From Eledone cirrhosa (lineage: Eukaryota): a stretch of 64,000 nt of DNA. This document shows positions 13,013 through 28,000 of the stretch, in pieces. Made by a program: the position numbers and the translations under genes. The stretch covers positions 26,846,001 through 26,910,000 of the forward strand of contig OZ024755.1 in NCBI GenBank assembly GCA_964016885.1, in the 5' to 3' direction. Numbering within the stretch: position 1 is the first letter of the stretch; each line of letters begins with the position of its first letter. Below the pieces are notes generated by a model. It was not told the DNA's origin. It searched no databases and saw nothing but the letters and a program-made list of their open reading frames with translations.

Positions 13013-16000
13013 GTATGAATGATTATCTTATGTTGTTTATTACATAACTATATATATATATATATATATTTCTGTTTATATCCACTCTGCTTATCTTCTG
13101 CACATAACTCTCCTTAAATATTTACTCCACTTCGCATTTCTAACCATTAAGTATGCTTCACTTCGGCTAAAAGCATCTAATATATTATATCATAGTTCCT
13201 TCTCCTCTATTCTTATGATATATGACTCTTATTTTGATATATATATGTAAATGTGGTTGGTGTTAGGAAGGGCATCCAACTGTAGAAAACCCGCCAGACA
13301 GTCCTATGCGAGCAAGACAATCACTCTTGCCTCAAGTGGGAAAACCCCCGTCCAAACCCATGCAAGCGTGGAACACGGACGTTAAACGTTGATGATGATG
13401 ATGATGATGATGAAAACAATATATGCGATAATAGTGTAATAGTTCACTATTTTCATTGGTAAGATGAAAGGAAAGAATTGCTGGACAGATTTTATGGGTG
13501 AAACCAACAGGAAGGAGACCCAGGGGTAGACCCCAAGCAAGATGGTTGGAAAACATCCATGAGCTTCGCTGGTCACGCTTGGGGATCCAGCCAAATCAGT
13601 TGGAGACGGTTGCCTCTGACAGGACCTGCTGGAAGGAGTGTTTGAGGGCTCTGCCTGCACAGCCTTCTCAGGAATAAGTGGGCGAAGAAGAGAGAAATTG
13701 AGATAAACTCGATGCACTTTTTTAGCTCTTCATTCTTCAGGAGCGAACAGAAACTGAACGAATAAAGGGCAGTTCCAGTAGCAGAACATTTACAATTCAG
13801 AAGGTGGATTGGCAGTATTGATTGATAGAGCGTCGGACACCATGCTTTGCAGCATAGAGTTACAGCCCTTTACGGTCTCAGTTCAAATCCTGCCAACATC
13901 AGCTTTGCCTTTCATCCTTACAGGGTCGATAAAGTAAAGTACCAGTAAGGGATTGGGGTCGATTTAATCAACTTTCCCCGCCATAAAAATTGCCGGCCTT
14001 GTGCCTAAAGTAGAAACAATTATTATTATTATTTATTCATGGCAGTGGATTGGCAGTGTCGGTAGAGGGTAGGACGCCATGCTTTGACAGATAGAGTTAC
14101 GGTCCTTTCCATTCTGAGTTCAAATCCCGTCGAGGTTAACTTTGCCTTTCATCCTTACGGGGTCGATAAAATAAAGTACCAGTAATGCACTGAGTAATTG
14201 CTGGCCTTGTGCCTAAAGTAGAAACAATTATTATTATTATTTATTCATGGCAGTGGATTGGCAGTGTCGGTAGAGGGTAGGACGCCATGCTTTGACAGAT
14301 AGAGTTACGGTCCTTTCCATTCTGAGTTCAAATCCCGTCGAGGTTAACTTTGCCTTTCATCCTTACGGGGTGGATAAAATAAAGTACCAGTAATGCACTG
14401 GGTAATTGCTGGCCTTGTGCCAAAAGTAGAAACAATTATTATTATTTATTCATAGCAGAACATTTACAATTCAGAAGGTGGATTGGCAGTATCAGTAGAG
14501 GCTCGGACCCCATGCTTTGCAGCATAGAGTTACACCCCTTTATGTTCTGAGTTCAAATCCTGCCGAGGTTAACTTTGCCTTTCATCCTTATGGGGTCAAT
14601 AAAATAAAGTATCAGTAATACACTGGGATAATTGCTGGCCTTGTGCCTATAGTAGAAATCCTTATTTATTCATACATGGTACTTTTTTATTGACCTTAAA
14701 CAGTTGAAAGGTAAAGTTGACTTTGGCAGGATTTCAACCCAGAGAGTAAAGAGTCAGAACAAATACTGAAAAGCATTCTCTCTACTGTTCTATCGACTCT
14801 GTCACTTCGCCACCTTATTCATAAGTACTTATTGTAAATACTTGTAGTTTAATCTTTAATTTTATAGTAGAATGCTATGACAGTCATGTGAGAGCTGATC
14901 CTAAATCAATGAAGCTCACAGAGGAGATGATGAAGGACCATGATAAGTGGAGGGATGCTGTGTTAGCAAAGATCCAACCAACCCATGCAAGCATGGAAAA
15001 GTAGACATTAAATGACGATGAAAAGAATAATCGGTGCAGTTACCAGACTGAGTTATACTTACTTCTGTTCTTCATGCATTGAACTCAACTGCTCCAGCTT
15101 CCCTTTCTGTTCGTTCTCCACTTTGTTGATCATCTCCTTCACAACAGCAATATAGGCACTAAACTGGAGTTAGAATAAAGGTAATATACATTAACCCTTT
15201 AGCATTTACATTACTCTATATATACTATTGCATTTTCATGGTAAAGACTTTACCTCACATAATATCAAATCTACAAGATTTTGATATTATTTATTTTGAG
15301 AATAATTCCTTTACATAAGTATGAGCAGCCAGTTTTGACCAGTTTCAACAGAAAGAGGTGAGAGAATACCGGCCAAATACAGCCAGTTTGAATGCTTAAA
15401 GGTTAATACTAACAGCTTGCAGCTATTATTACTACTATAAAGTTATGTTGGTACCACAGAATGTCCAACCCACACTGTAAAGTTAATCAATTTTCCCCAA
15501 TTGGGGGAGACATTACATATGGGTAACACATACCCCCGAAAAAAATATGCAACCCTCATCTCCAGGAGTACAAAGAGTTGTACCCCTTTCCTCTCCTCCT
15601 CTTTTTCCTCAACCTACAGGCTGATATAGAGAGAAGGCCCATTCACTCGGGCCATTCTCGCCACTTTCACCCACCTCTCATAAAACTTGCTTGGATACAG
15701 CACCTCTCTCTCCATCCTGATTCTTCTTCTAAAGTGGTATTTGAAAAAAAGAATCTATATAGATATGTTTCTTTTATAGATAGATAGATATACTGTCTTT
15801 ATAACAATACTAAGACTAATCCAGTAAAATATTTCTATCAAGATGTATACCGTATTTGCCAGCCTATATTTTACATTATGATTTGACGTCTATAAGCATT
15901 TTTATGAACCACCTCCAATATTCATGGTTTTTCACTCATCGCGGGTGCTCAAGGAATGTAACCGTGAATATCAGGGGACAAGTGTATGTGTGTGTGTATA

Positions 16001-19000
16001 TATATATATATATGTCAGGTCACCAGTTGGTGCTACTGGTAACATGTATCCCAGTACAACCTGTCTCATGTTGGCGACTAAACTGGCAACCCCACCAAGG
16101 TTTCTTGGTGAGGAGGGTGACTTTGGACATCCTGCAGGACTAAAAACAAAACCTGTCAAAGGGCAAAGGAGCTCTTAAGAGTCAATGGCCATCCAAAATC
16201 ACCGGGAGAGATGACCCCTTAGCCTTTGTCAAGGCAGAATTCTAGGAGAAGGAAAACTCTGATATAACACCTGCAACCCTGATGGTATCCAATGATGTTG
16301 ACTTCTTCTTCTTTTTGGTAAATATCATCTTGGTTAAGAGAGTGGGACTGGCTTTGTGCAGTGCCTTTTCTCACTATAAAAGCTTCACGGCACAGGCATT
16401 GCTTTATATCTGGAGATCTCTCTGCACTTGTCGTCACATGGTACCATGGGCCCAGCACTATGTGTCAATAATTGTCACAAGTGTAGTGTTTGTACCAGAG
16501 TTTTCAAGTCGCTGGATGGACTAAAAAGTCACACTCGTTCAGCGCATCGGTAGGGGTTCTCCTACATGGATATAAAGTAGTGGCCGTACTCGAAAACGAG
16601 TTGGCAGCCACCATATATATATATATATCAAATATATCAAAGGTTGAACTTGAGTTTCCATTGATACTTTTGTGTGTGTGTATATATATATATATATATT
16701 TTTTTTTTTATATTGTTATACTTGGGGAGGGTCATATTGTTATAATATTGCCAGAAATAATAGCACAACACACTCACTGTTTGGTTGGTTTTCGCTTCTG
16801 TATTTTTTATATCTCCATAGTTAATTTATTTAGCAATCAATGTTTATCATTGATTGACCAACGGTTAAAAATACAGATATAAATATATATATATAGTCTA
16901 TCAAAGTTCTTTCGTTGCACATCTGTGACATCATCAGTGGTACTATTATGTTTCCTCCCGTTGTATTGTAGTGCCTACACCATTTTAATTTTATTTATTT
17001 ATTTATTCTTGTCTCTGTATATATATATATATATATATATATACTCAATGTGGTCTACCTTTCATGGTAAGGTCTATACCAATCGATTGTTTCCGAAGAA
17101 GACGGTATGATTGAACCTATATATTATGTCTGATAGTATACAGTTCTCTAACTGCTATAGATCAGTCAATATATCAATATGATCAACCCTCTGAAACAAT
17201 GAAATGAATATGTAAAATAACTTGCCTTCCTTATTATTATCATTGTTAAACTAATATCTAATATATATATATATATTTTATTTTACTTACCTGGTTCAGA
17301 TTTAAATTATTTTCAATACACAAAGGTACTAAGAATGGAATGACTTTTGTGGCTAGAATTTCTTTGGTAAATCCTAGTTTGGGATGGGAAAATGTTACTT
17401 TCAGGATTCCTGCAAAGAAAAAAATGTTTCGATCAGCCAATAGATAGTTTATATAGAAATGAATATACAGGTTATGAACCCTTTCCTTAAAATAAATGTG
17501 TTTTTTTTTATTAGTTTTATTACAATAATAATACAGCTATTGTCACTCTCTTTCAAACTAACCTCATCATCATTATTTTATATCCACTTTCCATGCTGGC
17601 ATGGTTTGGAAGGGGCATCACTATCCAAGACAAGAAGGGTCAGAGAACCACATCAAGCTCATACATTCCTTATTTGGCATGGTTTTTATGGTTGAATGCC
17701 CATCTTAACACCAACCACTTTGCAGAGTATACTGGGTGCATTTCATTATGGTGCCAACACTACATTAAAGAGTGTACTGTGTGCATTCTATCATGGCGGC
17801 ACCAGCACTATCACTTTACATAGTGTACTGGGTACATGTTATTGTGGCACCAACACTACCACTTTACAGAGTGTAGTGGGTGCATTTTATCATGGCACCA
17901 ACACTAAAAAAGCTCAAAATTAGAAGGAAATTAAAAATAAAATCCAATTCCTTTGCATGCTTCTAAATGGTGCTCTAAACACTAATCATTGTAATATTAA
18001 GTGGATGAGTGACAGTTCTCCTCCTGGATAAATAGCGAGATTCATGTCGATAACTAAAACATATAAACTTAAATGTCCTTCCTAGAAACATCACTAAATG
18101 TATGAAATTAATGTAATCATACATACATTCTGCCAGTAGTTACAACTGGCAGCAGTGGAAAATTTAAGACAAATGAGGCTCTGTGCTAGTTAAGTTATGA
18201 GGCCCCTTACTTGGGCCCTGAAGGAGGTAAAAAAATGTTTGGCAAGAAGGTTGGACCCCTGGCCAACGGGGCCCTGTGCTTAAACACACCTAAGCACTGA
18301 CTGGTAGATATTATCAGCAATGGAAACATAGTTTCCTTGGTCCAATTTATTGATCAGCTCCTTTATACATACAATAAAGTCCATAATAAAATACCACAAT
18401 TGGTTATTGTGTTTTTTAACCCTAATATTTTATGTTTAATTTTTCATTACTATTGTTTCAGTTTAAAAATTCGAAACAACAGTAATAGTGAAACAAAATA
18501 ATATTATGTTGTATTAGATAGAAAGAAGATTATCCCAAAACAGAGGCTGGAACAGGTCTACATAGACAAAGTCAATACTGAAGCGAGGTTACGGACTTCC
18601 CCCACAGGTCAAAGGGTCTGCATTTCGCTTATTTACAGTCATACATTCTACTAAGTGCACAAGAGAAGCTGTCATGTCTTTTGACACAAACTAAAGGATA
18701 AACTGTAGTGTGTGGGAGAGAAGATTGCATTGGTATGGCCATGTGATGTGCATGGAAGATGACCGCTGTGGAAGGAAGACGCAGTAGAGGAAGACCATGA
18801 AAAACATGGGTGGAGGTGGTGAGAGCTGACCTCAGATCGCTGAAGCTCACAGAGGAGATGACGAAGGACCGTGACGAATGGAGAGATGCTGTGCTGAAGA
18901 GAGCCTGTCCTACCCTTGTAAGCTGAGGAAAGCAGATGTAAAATGATGGTGATGGTGATGGTGGTGATAGTGGTGGTGGTGGCAGAGGAGGAGAAGGAGA

Positions 19001-22000
19001 AGAAGAAGAAGAAGACAAAGAAGAACACAAAGAAGAACACAAAGAAAAAGAAAAAGAAAAAGAAAAAGAAGAGAGTCCTTCAACACAAAACAAAGAAAAT
19101 ACATACCAAAATTTATAATAACCAGAACAAGTATCAAAGTTAACATACCTAAAATACTCATTAGCACTCCAGGTTCTCGTGATGGTATTTGGGGCAGTAA
19201 AGGAATCACTTCATCCAACACACACCATTTGTCCATATATTCCAGAAGTTTACCAATACATACAAGACAGCCAACTCGTACCTGAAGATAGATAGTAATC
19301 ATATAAGACACACATCTGTTGTACAAAGTCAACAGAGGAATAATCAAGTTGCAGAAACAACTATTTTAAAGAGTTGTTGATGTTGTTGTTGTTGTTGTTA
19401 TTCAAAAATACATTGTTAAAGCTTAAAAAAAAACAGTGTAAACCAAATATAAAATATAAAAAAATTGAAAAATATCAAAATTTCAATCCAGTATTGTTAA
19501 CTTAGAATACCTATTGATTTCAACTATATATATACGTACACACAGTCATAGATGTGCACACACACACATATATATATACATATATACATGATGGCTGTAA
19601 CTTAATTTCGGGTTATGCCATTACTTGATACTTAAACATGAGCATCACGGATGTGGCTTTTTATTCCTGCTAGGGACTTGCCTATGGCCAGCAATGCCAT
19701 GCATCAGAATAAATGTCACATATCAAGCGATACCAGTGCTTGAAGCTTTTGTAAGTGAGGAAAGGCTTTTCACGGAGCCAATCCCACTCTCTGAACATCG
19801 AATGCACTTGCCCAAAAAGAAGAACTGGTCTACATCATTGGGTGTAAACAAAGTCTCAGGTTTTATATCAGAGTGACCTTCTCCTAGAGTCTTCATTAAG
19901 ACGCGGAGTCTCTCACTCCACAAAGACAAAAAAACAAACTTTATTGGATGGCCATTGATTCTGCTGAGTTCCTCCACCCTTTGACAGGTTTTGTTTTTCA
20001 TCCCGCAGGGTGTCCAAATTCACCCTCCTCACCAAGCAAACTACTTCATGCTTGAGTATAGCCATCACTTGAAATTTCCAAATATGCTTTTGCATGTGTG
20101 TAGTATGAATGTGACATTTTAGGCTAACAAAAGTCTTACATTTTCTAGCACAGATGTTACAGACATAGCCTTTGTCAACAGGAATCGATGGCTGTTTGCA
20201 ATGTACTTTCAGTCCTGATGATTGGCAGACTTTACCACAGTGATGGCAGATTGTTATACTATACAAACTAATGTAATTTGCACCAGCCCTTTTTACATGA
20301 CTCCTTTTGTGACTATTTAATCTAACTTCTCCTAGAGAGATGTCTTAATGAAGACTCGGAGTCTCTCGCTCCACAAAGACAAAAAAAAAACTTTATTGGA
20401 TGGTCGTTGATTCTGCTGAGTTCCTCCGCCCTTCAACAGGTTTTGTTTTTCATCTCGCTGAGGTAGGGCTACCCACACTCATTGCATGTCAACTCTCCTT
20501 GGTCTGCCATGCTTCCCAGCAATTACACTTTCATAATTTATTTAAGCCATTTCAAAGTGTACTTTCCCTTCACATACATCTTCCCTCCACAGAGTTCCAT
20601 CATTGGCAGCTTGTTACCAGTCTCCATCAGAGATACCAGCTTTCATCAGAGATGTTTTCACACAGTCCTTGAACCTCATCTTAGGTTCATGAGGTGGACG
20701 TTTGCCATCCTTCAGCTTACCATAATGGAGTTATTTGGGTAACCTACAGTCCTCCATTCTCACCACATGTCTCACCAATCAGAGACAGTGTTGCAAGATA
20801 ATTGACTCAATACTCTGACAGTGACTTCTTTCAAGGACTTCAACATTACTTACATACATCTTTCAGCATAGATCCAAGATTCGATGAAGGCACTGCTGGT
20901 GAAAGTGCTCCAGCTATTTTAGATACATATATACATACATTCATTCATACATACATATTTTGTAATTTCAATTTAATCTTTAAACAGAAAAGAGACAAAA
21001 TTACAACAACAAAATTAACAGAAAATAAATGAGAATATAAAACTATCAAATATTCACCGAGAGACTTGATGTAGCTAAACACATTTTCTTGATCCTTGGT
21101 ATAATACAATTCTTCAGAGATAAATATTCAATAAGACTAGCAAAAGTAGGTATAATAGTGAGAACAAGTTCCTGCAAAACAAATATTTTTTTCATTCTTA
21201 ATTTTTCAAATTTCTTTGATCGTATCTTTATTAGGAAATATTGTTGTAAAAAGTTAATGGAATTATTCATCATTTATACTTTTGTACTGTTCTTCCTAAC
21301 TATTGGTTAAATAGCCAAAATTGGTGAAGCATGGTGAGTATGGCTACACTCCTGAAGACATGACCAAAACCAAGAATTGGTTGGGGTAAACCCAGGAGGG
21401 GTTCCTCCAACAGGAGTGAGAAGGTCTTGGATTTGGATTATTCTTCCACACACACACACAATGACAGAGATTAGTAAGTCCTATCTGCAGACCAATCCTC
21501 ATCATCATCATCATTATCATCATATTTTTATGTCCACTTTTCCATGCTGGCATGAGTGGGACAGGATGTTTTGACAACTATGTTTTACAGGCAAGTGCAC
21601 TTCCTGATACTAACATGCAGGGATACGGTGTACCTATTCTAAAAGGCTGGATGCACATGGCAATGGGCAATGCCTACAGCAAAAATTTGGGCCGATCCAA
21701 ATGCTTGTAACAGAATATGAGTGGTCAGTTAAAATCACCCAAGACCCAGGCAGTTGTGTTAAACTGAACAGCTTGTTAATCCCCCACTCCACAATAATTA
21801 TACACATGGCATGGTCCCATAACTCCTGAGGGAGTCATAGAGATGGCATTTTTAAACCTGGCGAAGCCCAATCCTCTCCAGGTCTGAATACAGCAGATTT
21901 CTTCCAGAGAAGAATAGAGAGTGAGAGACTGGAGAGACTGGAAGTGAGAAAGACACATAGAGGGAGAATTGACGCCAGCACTTGACTGGTACTTTTTTAT

Positions 22001-25000
22001 CGACCTCGAATGGATGAAAAGCAAAGTTGACCTCAGCAGGATTTCAACTCAAAGAGCAGAAAGCCGAAACAAATACCACAAATCATTCTATCCGACATTC
22101 CAACAATTCTGCGAATTCACTGCCCTATATATCATTCTATAAAGGTTATGGATGGAAAAATACAAACATGATCAAAAGCATTCTGGCCATGACCATCCTG
22201 CCTGCCTTTTTTTTTTTTTTCAGATATATTGTATCCAGATTATATAAACAATCATATGTGATTTGACAGTGACTTAACTCCTATTTCTAATAACTCAAGG
22301 GACTATATTAAGGATCCCATGCTGGCTCAAGTACAATAATTTTCACTTGACTGGTATTGGCAAAGGCTAGTAAATTTATATATACTATTCTAAAATGTAA
22401 TGCAACATTATAGATAACTTCTGAGAAAAAATACCATTCAATTGGACAAATTATACAAAATTTCACCAGAGAACCTGGTTTAGAAAACAATGAGAGAGTG
22501 ATACAAAACTAGTTTCCAATGGTTCAACAACTTTTATTCTTAACATCCTGTATAACATAAAAACCACATTAGTAAAACTTCCTTTCAAAATAGCACTATC
22601 AGTGCATTTCATTAAAAATAGAAGTCTTTCACAATGATTTGTCCATTAGTAAAGATGCTAATAACATTTTAATTAACAAACTTATTTTTAAACATTTTCT
22701 ACTAAAGCATTACAGGATGTTAAGAATTAACTGAAACATATATTGTATTAACATTTGACAATATACATAGTTTTTTTTTAAATATTTACAAGGACTTTAA
22801 CCCTTATATATATTTACTATTATATTTTCATGGTAAAGGCTTTACCTCACATAATATTGAATCTATAAGACTTTGATACTATTTATTTTGAGAACAATAC
22901 CTTAGCATCAGTATGAGTGGCTGGTTACAGCCAGTTTGAACAGAAAGAGGTGAGAGAATTCTGGCCGGATACGGCCGGTTTAACTGCTAAAGTGTTAAAG
23001 TATTTTCATCATTTTACAATCGCTACTTCACGACAGAAGATTATTGATATAATATATGTCACACTTCACTCAATATCTCGATCACAGCATTTCTTATATT
23101 TTCAAAACAGAATTTACCTGGATTTGAGGGTCATTGGATTCTAAAGCATGATAGACCATGGGTAAAACATGATTTTTGATGTCTGATGAACTTGTTTTAC
23201 CAAGAAGTAAAGTCATATTCTGCAGGAATATCAGGAGGATCTGAATAATGAAACAAAAAAAAACAGACAAATCATTCTTCATTCAAAACTGACTAGATAA
23301 TGTAAGAAATGCAAAAAGGAAACAAAAAAAGGCGGGATTTAAATAAATTAATCAAATTTGAGTTTGGATGTTAATTTTTTTATAGTTTCATATTATAATA
23401 TTTTTAAACTATGTGCAAAACATAGAAAACACACTATAAGATAAATACCCCATAAACCTTAATGTATTATTGGATCACAACCAGAAATTTTATATGAAAG
23501 GCACATTAGTCTGACTATGCCACTCCAGCCAAAAATCACTCATATGTCATGGCCTAAGACTAAACAGGTGGAAGTGACTTCATTTTACACATGTTTCTTA
23601 TTTGGCAAGGTTTCTATGCCTATCACCTTTTAGAATGTACTGAGTGCATTTTTCATGACAACAGTACTAACAATTTACAGAGTGTACTGGGTGCATTTTA
23701 TTGTGGCACCAACACTAGACATGGTATCATATGCACAGCCAAACTTGAGAGTCCTCTTAAATCCTATATTGTCTCTGTTTGATTGTTTCTAGTCTCTTAC
23801 CGCATTTACTTTTAGTGTCACAGTGCTTGTACTTGTAGATAAGTCTTTTGTATTATGGCATATCGCCAAATCTTAAAATCAATGCAAAACAGATGACAAG
23901 CTATATCTACACGTCTCTCTAAGAAAGAACAGTCTATGTTATAACTCTAAATAAATACAGGAGTGTTTATAACGTCTTTTATATAGAACGGCTTGGAGAG
24001 TACATACATTTGAGAATACTTAAGGAATTATAAAATCTTCTAAAGAAAACTTACTTGAACAGGTTTCTGGAGTTTAAACATAGGAATAAGCTCAGGGAAT
24101 ATCAGTGTGACATATTCTTTTTCTGATGATTGCTCTGCGACATAAAGAATGCTTGGAAGTACAAATGGTATCATGTCGGGATTGATGGACTCACTGAACA
24201 ACGGAGGCAAGATGCGTTGCTGGTTAACTCTCTGAAATAAAATGGAAGTTTGTTATAATGACATTAAAAGAAAATGGACAAAAACTTTGAAATATAAACT
24301 TTATTTCTTTTGGTGATTTTCAATATATTTCAAATACCGTACATACTCGAATATAAGCCGACCTCCAACCCTACTTTATGTTTGAGAAATGGGCAAAAAG
24401 CCAAACCCTGTTTATTAGCAGATCATATATTTATGATTTATTAGCAGTCAAATATGATTTTTGTTTTTAATCAATCAACAAGATCCCAGACCTCACTCAC
24501 TTAACGAGTGAGGTGGAACTCACCAAATCAGACCAAAAACAAAACAATGTTTCCATTTGTCTTTCCAATTGCTGATACTATCTACTGGTCACAACTCCTG
24601 CTAGAAATATGATACTTTACATTTAACTTATCCCATAAAAATGACCTACTTTATCTATGGCCCCACTCAGTCACGAATGACCATAGTTTTGCACCTAGAA
24701 AATTTCCCTCCGAGGCACAAGCCTGGACAAGGTTTGTTTTGTGGAAGACCAGCAGTCGCCCATGCATACCAGTCCCTCCTCTTCACACCACCGATGTTGT
24801 CCAATGGAAAGGCAATGACTGATACAGCTTGGCACCACTGACGTCGCAACTCATTTCTACAGCTGAGTAAACTGGAGCAATGTGAAATGAAGTGTCTTGC
24901 TCAAGGACACAACGCATCACCCAGTCCGAGAATCAAACTCACAATCTCTCAATTGCAAGCCCAATGCTCTAACCACTAAGCCATGCGCCTTCACCTACTT

Positions 25001-28000
25001 TATACACTATAACTAAATCCCTAATACATTAATCTGTCAGTTCCATACTGTCAACGTGGCTGGTGTTAGGAAGGGCATCCAGTTGTAAGAAATCTCAGCC
25101 AAAAACAGACCCATTTTGAGCAAAGTACAACACAGCCAACTGGCCAGACTTGCCTCACAATGGTGCCACCCAGTCCCACACTGTAAACATGGTAGGTGGT
25201 AGGAAGAGCATCCAGCAGCTGTAAAAACCCAGCTCAAACATGGCCCCACTATAAGCAAGGCATCGCGCAGCCAATTGACCAGACCTCTCTTATAATGGGA
25301 TCATCCAGTTCCACACTGTAAACATGGCTGGTGTTAGGAAAGGCATCCAGCTGTAAAAATCCCAGCCTAAATACAGTTCCGTCTGAGCAAGGTAGGGTGC
25401 AGCCAGCTGGCCCGACTTGTCTCATAATGTGGACAACCTGTCTAACCCATGCAAGCATGGAAAAATTGACGTTAAACAGTGTTGATGATAATACCAAAAT
25501 ATATTTTCATTTTAATGTATGGCTAATTGACATACATTTACAGTGAACTCAACTAATTTCCTATTCCAATAACAAGAGGAATTCTAATATATATGAGTTC
25601 AGTTCTCTTTCACAGAGCCACACTGAAGTAAAGTCTTCAGTAATGAAGAATTCTCACCTTAATTAACAAAATCAATTTTTTTTTTTTTAACCATCTGGAC
25701 TGCAACTAAATTTTCATGTAAATAACAGATTAAGAAGACAAATTGAAATTTACCTTTGGTAACTTAGCAATTATCTTAGGCAAACCTTTGAAGAATTTAG
25801 ATTTCTGTAAGTTATCTCTTTGAAATAATGTATCTAAGTACTGTAGAGTCATAGATCCAACATCCTCAAAAAATGGAATCTGTAAAAGAAATAAACTGTT
25901 GTATTTAGGAATTTAAAAGAATATATTACTTAAAGACAGCAGAAACATTTAGCTATATTTTTAAATATTATTAAAACTTATAAAAATTTATTACAATTTA
26001 ACATTTAGTTGTCATAATTTTAAACATTTCAAATATATTTTTCCTTTTAATAAGGTTAGTATAGGTTTTGCAATATTCACCTTTTTGTTTATTAATTGCT
26101 GTAACTAGGTACAATAACGGATTAAGATCCCATAACCCCTTATGGAGTTGTAGAGTCACCGTGATATGGTGTGTCTAGGGCACACTTAAACCTGGTGGAG
26201 CCAAACCTTCTCCAGGTCTGAACACAACCGATTTTTTCTATAGAGAAAGAATCAACCCTAGTACTGGACTGGTACTTATTTTATCGATCTTGAAAGGATG
26301 AAAAGCAAAGTTGACCCCTGTGGGATTTAAACTCAGAGCGTGCAATGAGGTGGGGCAAATACTGTAAAGCATTCTATCCGACGTCTTAACGACTCTGCCA
26401 ATTTGCCGCCATGTAACCAGATACTATCTGCCTAAAACTGACTTCACTTTTCACTATTATATGGTCAACTTTCTGAAATGACACACCACATTGTACTAGG
26501 ATCTTCAACATTAAAGACCCACAAAACAAACATGGAAATATAACAATTCAACAAAAGAGATATATGTAAACTTAGCTATACTCCTTAAAAACAAAGTCCT
26601 GTGGTAAGCACCCTCCAGAAAATGACAATGCATAGGTCATACAATCCACATGGACTGATTATCCATTTTCAATATTTTAACTGCAACCTCAAGCGTATTG
26701 CTCCTGTCATTTTTGGAGGTGCAGACATTCATAATTTTCTGACGAACATATCTAATTTTCCAACAAAAATATCTAATTTTATATATATAAAGCTTACCTT
26801 TGTTAATTGATTTGCATCAGGCCTAACGGATGGCTCTGTATTCAACAGCAGTTTTACATGCTCACGAACTTCTTCTGATAAACACTGAAGCCGTGAAGGA
26901 GTTAGATGTCGCAACTAGAAAATATACAAATCAATGTTATGATAAACCTATGAAAATAAATCTCTATAATGAAAACCTTACATTATCAAATAATGTCATA
27001 TCTTCCGCTAGTTTTAGTCATCAAACTGTAGCCATGCCAGGCCACTGCCTTTCAAAATAGACTAAATTACATCAATTTCATTATTTATCCTATCTGTAAA
27101 TGTGGTCAGCATTAGGAAGGGCATCCAGCCATAGAAACCAAGCCAAAATCAGTTCTGTATGAGCAAGACATGGTCATCTGACCTGTCTTGTCTCACAACA
27201 GGACAACTTATCTAACCTATGCTAGCATAAAAATGGACATTAAATGGTCATGATTATGATGAACATGATGAAATATTAAAATTAATTAACCTTCGGGTGG
27301 TTTTTCTGCTAGCATGTGTAGTGTGTATATTGATATTATACGCAAGTATATATACATGTAGATATGATACATCAAATAAAATCGTAACTGACAATATACA
27401 CAGAAATTGAACGAAGACTGTGTTACACTGTCTTATGTAATCAGTAACGTAATCCATGACATTAAAAAAGACGATATTATATATAAATTGCATTAGGAGA
27501 AAATTAGTGACAGAAAATTAATATGTTTATTTAAGCGATCACCACCGGAAGTGTTGACATTTGAAAATTTTAAAGAAATGCATTTTTAAATAAATAATAA
27601 AATATATTTAATGAACAGCCACGAAATTTAGTAGATAAATTATGTAATATTCATTCATTATTTATTCAAAGTAATCCAACTTATTTTACTAATGGGATAA
27701 AAATTTATAAACCGTACGCAGTCCCGCGCTTCTTACTTTATTATAGTTTAGATATCATAATAAACAATTATCCAGGTATTTATGCTGACTGCTAGGTCAC
27801 CTATCTATCTTTACATATACCCTCTAAAGACCTCTATCCAGGTATTTATGCCAACTGCCAGGTCACCTATGTATCTTTACATATACCCTCTAAAGACCTC
27901 TAACCAGGTATTTCTCACTCTCATATTCTATTTTGTGCCATCACTCTTTAGCCCCTCTGTCCACACCAAACTAAAAAAAATTCTTGATTATTTTCAAAAT

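Noticed and set aside
18629-19143. Long ORFs with poly-S, P, H, K and F tracts
   Set aside because: They are translations of a compound microsatellite and an RTE 3' end.
19913-20266. Host C2H2 zinc-finger gene
   Set aside because: Fingers are degenerate, lack TGEKP linkers and are embedded in repeat sequence; treated as a retroelement tail.
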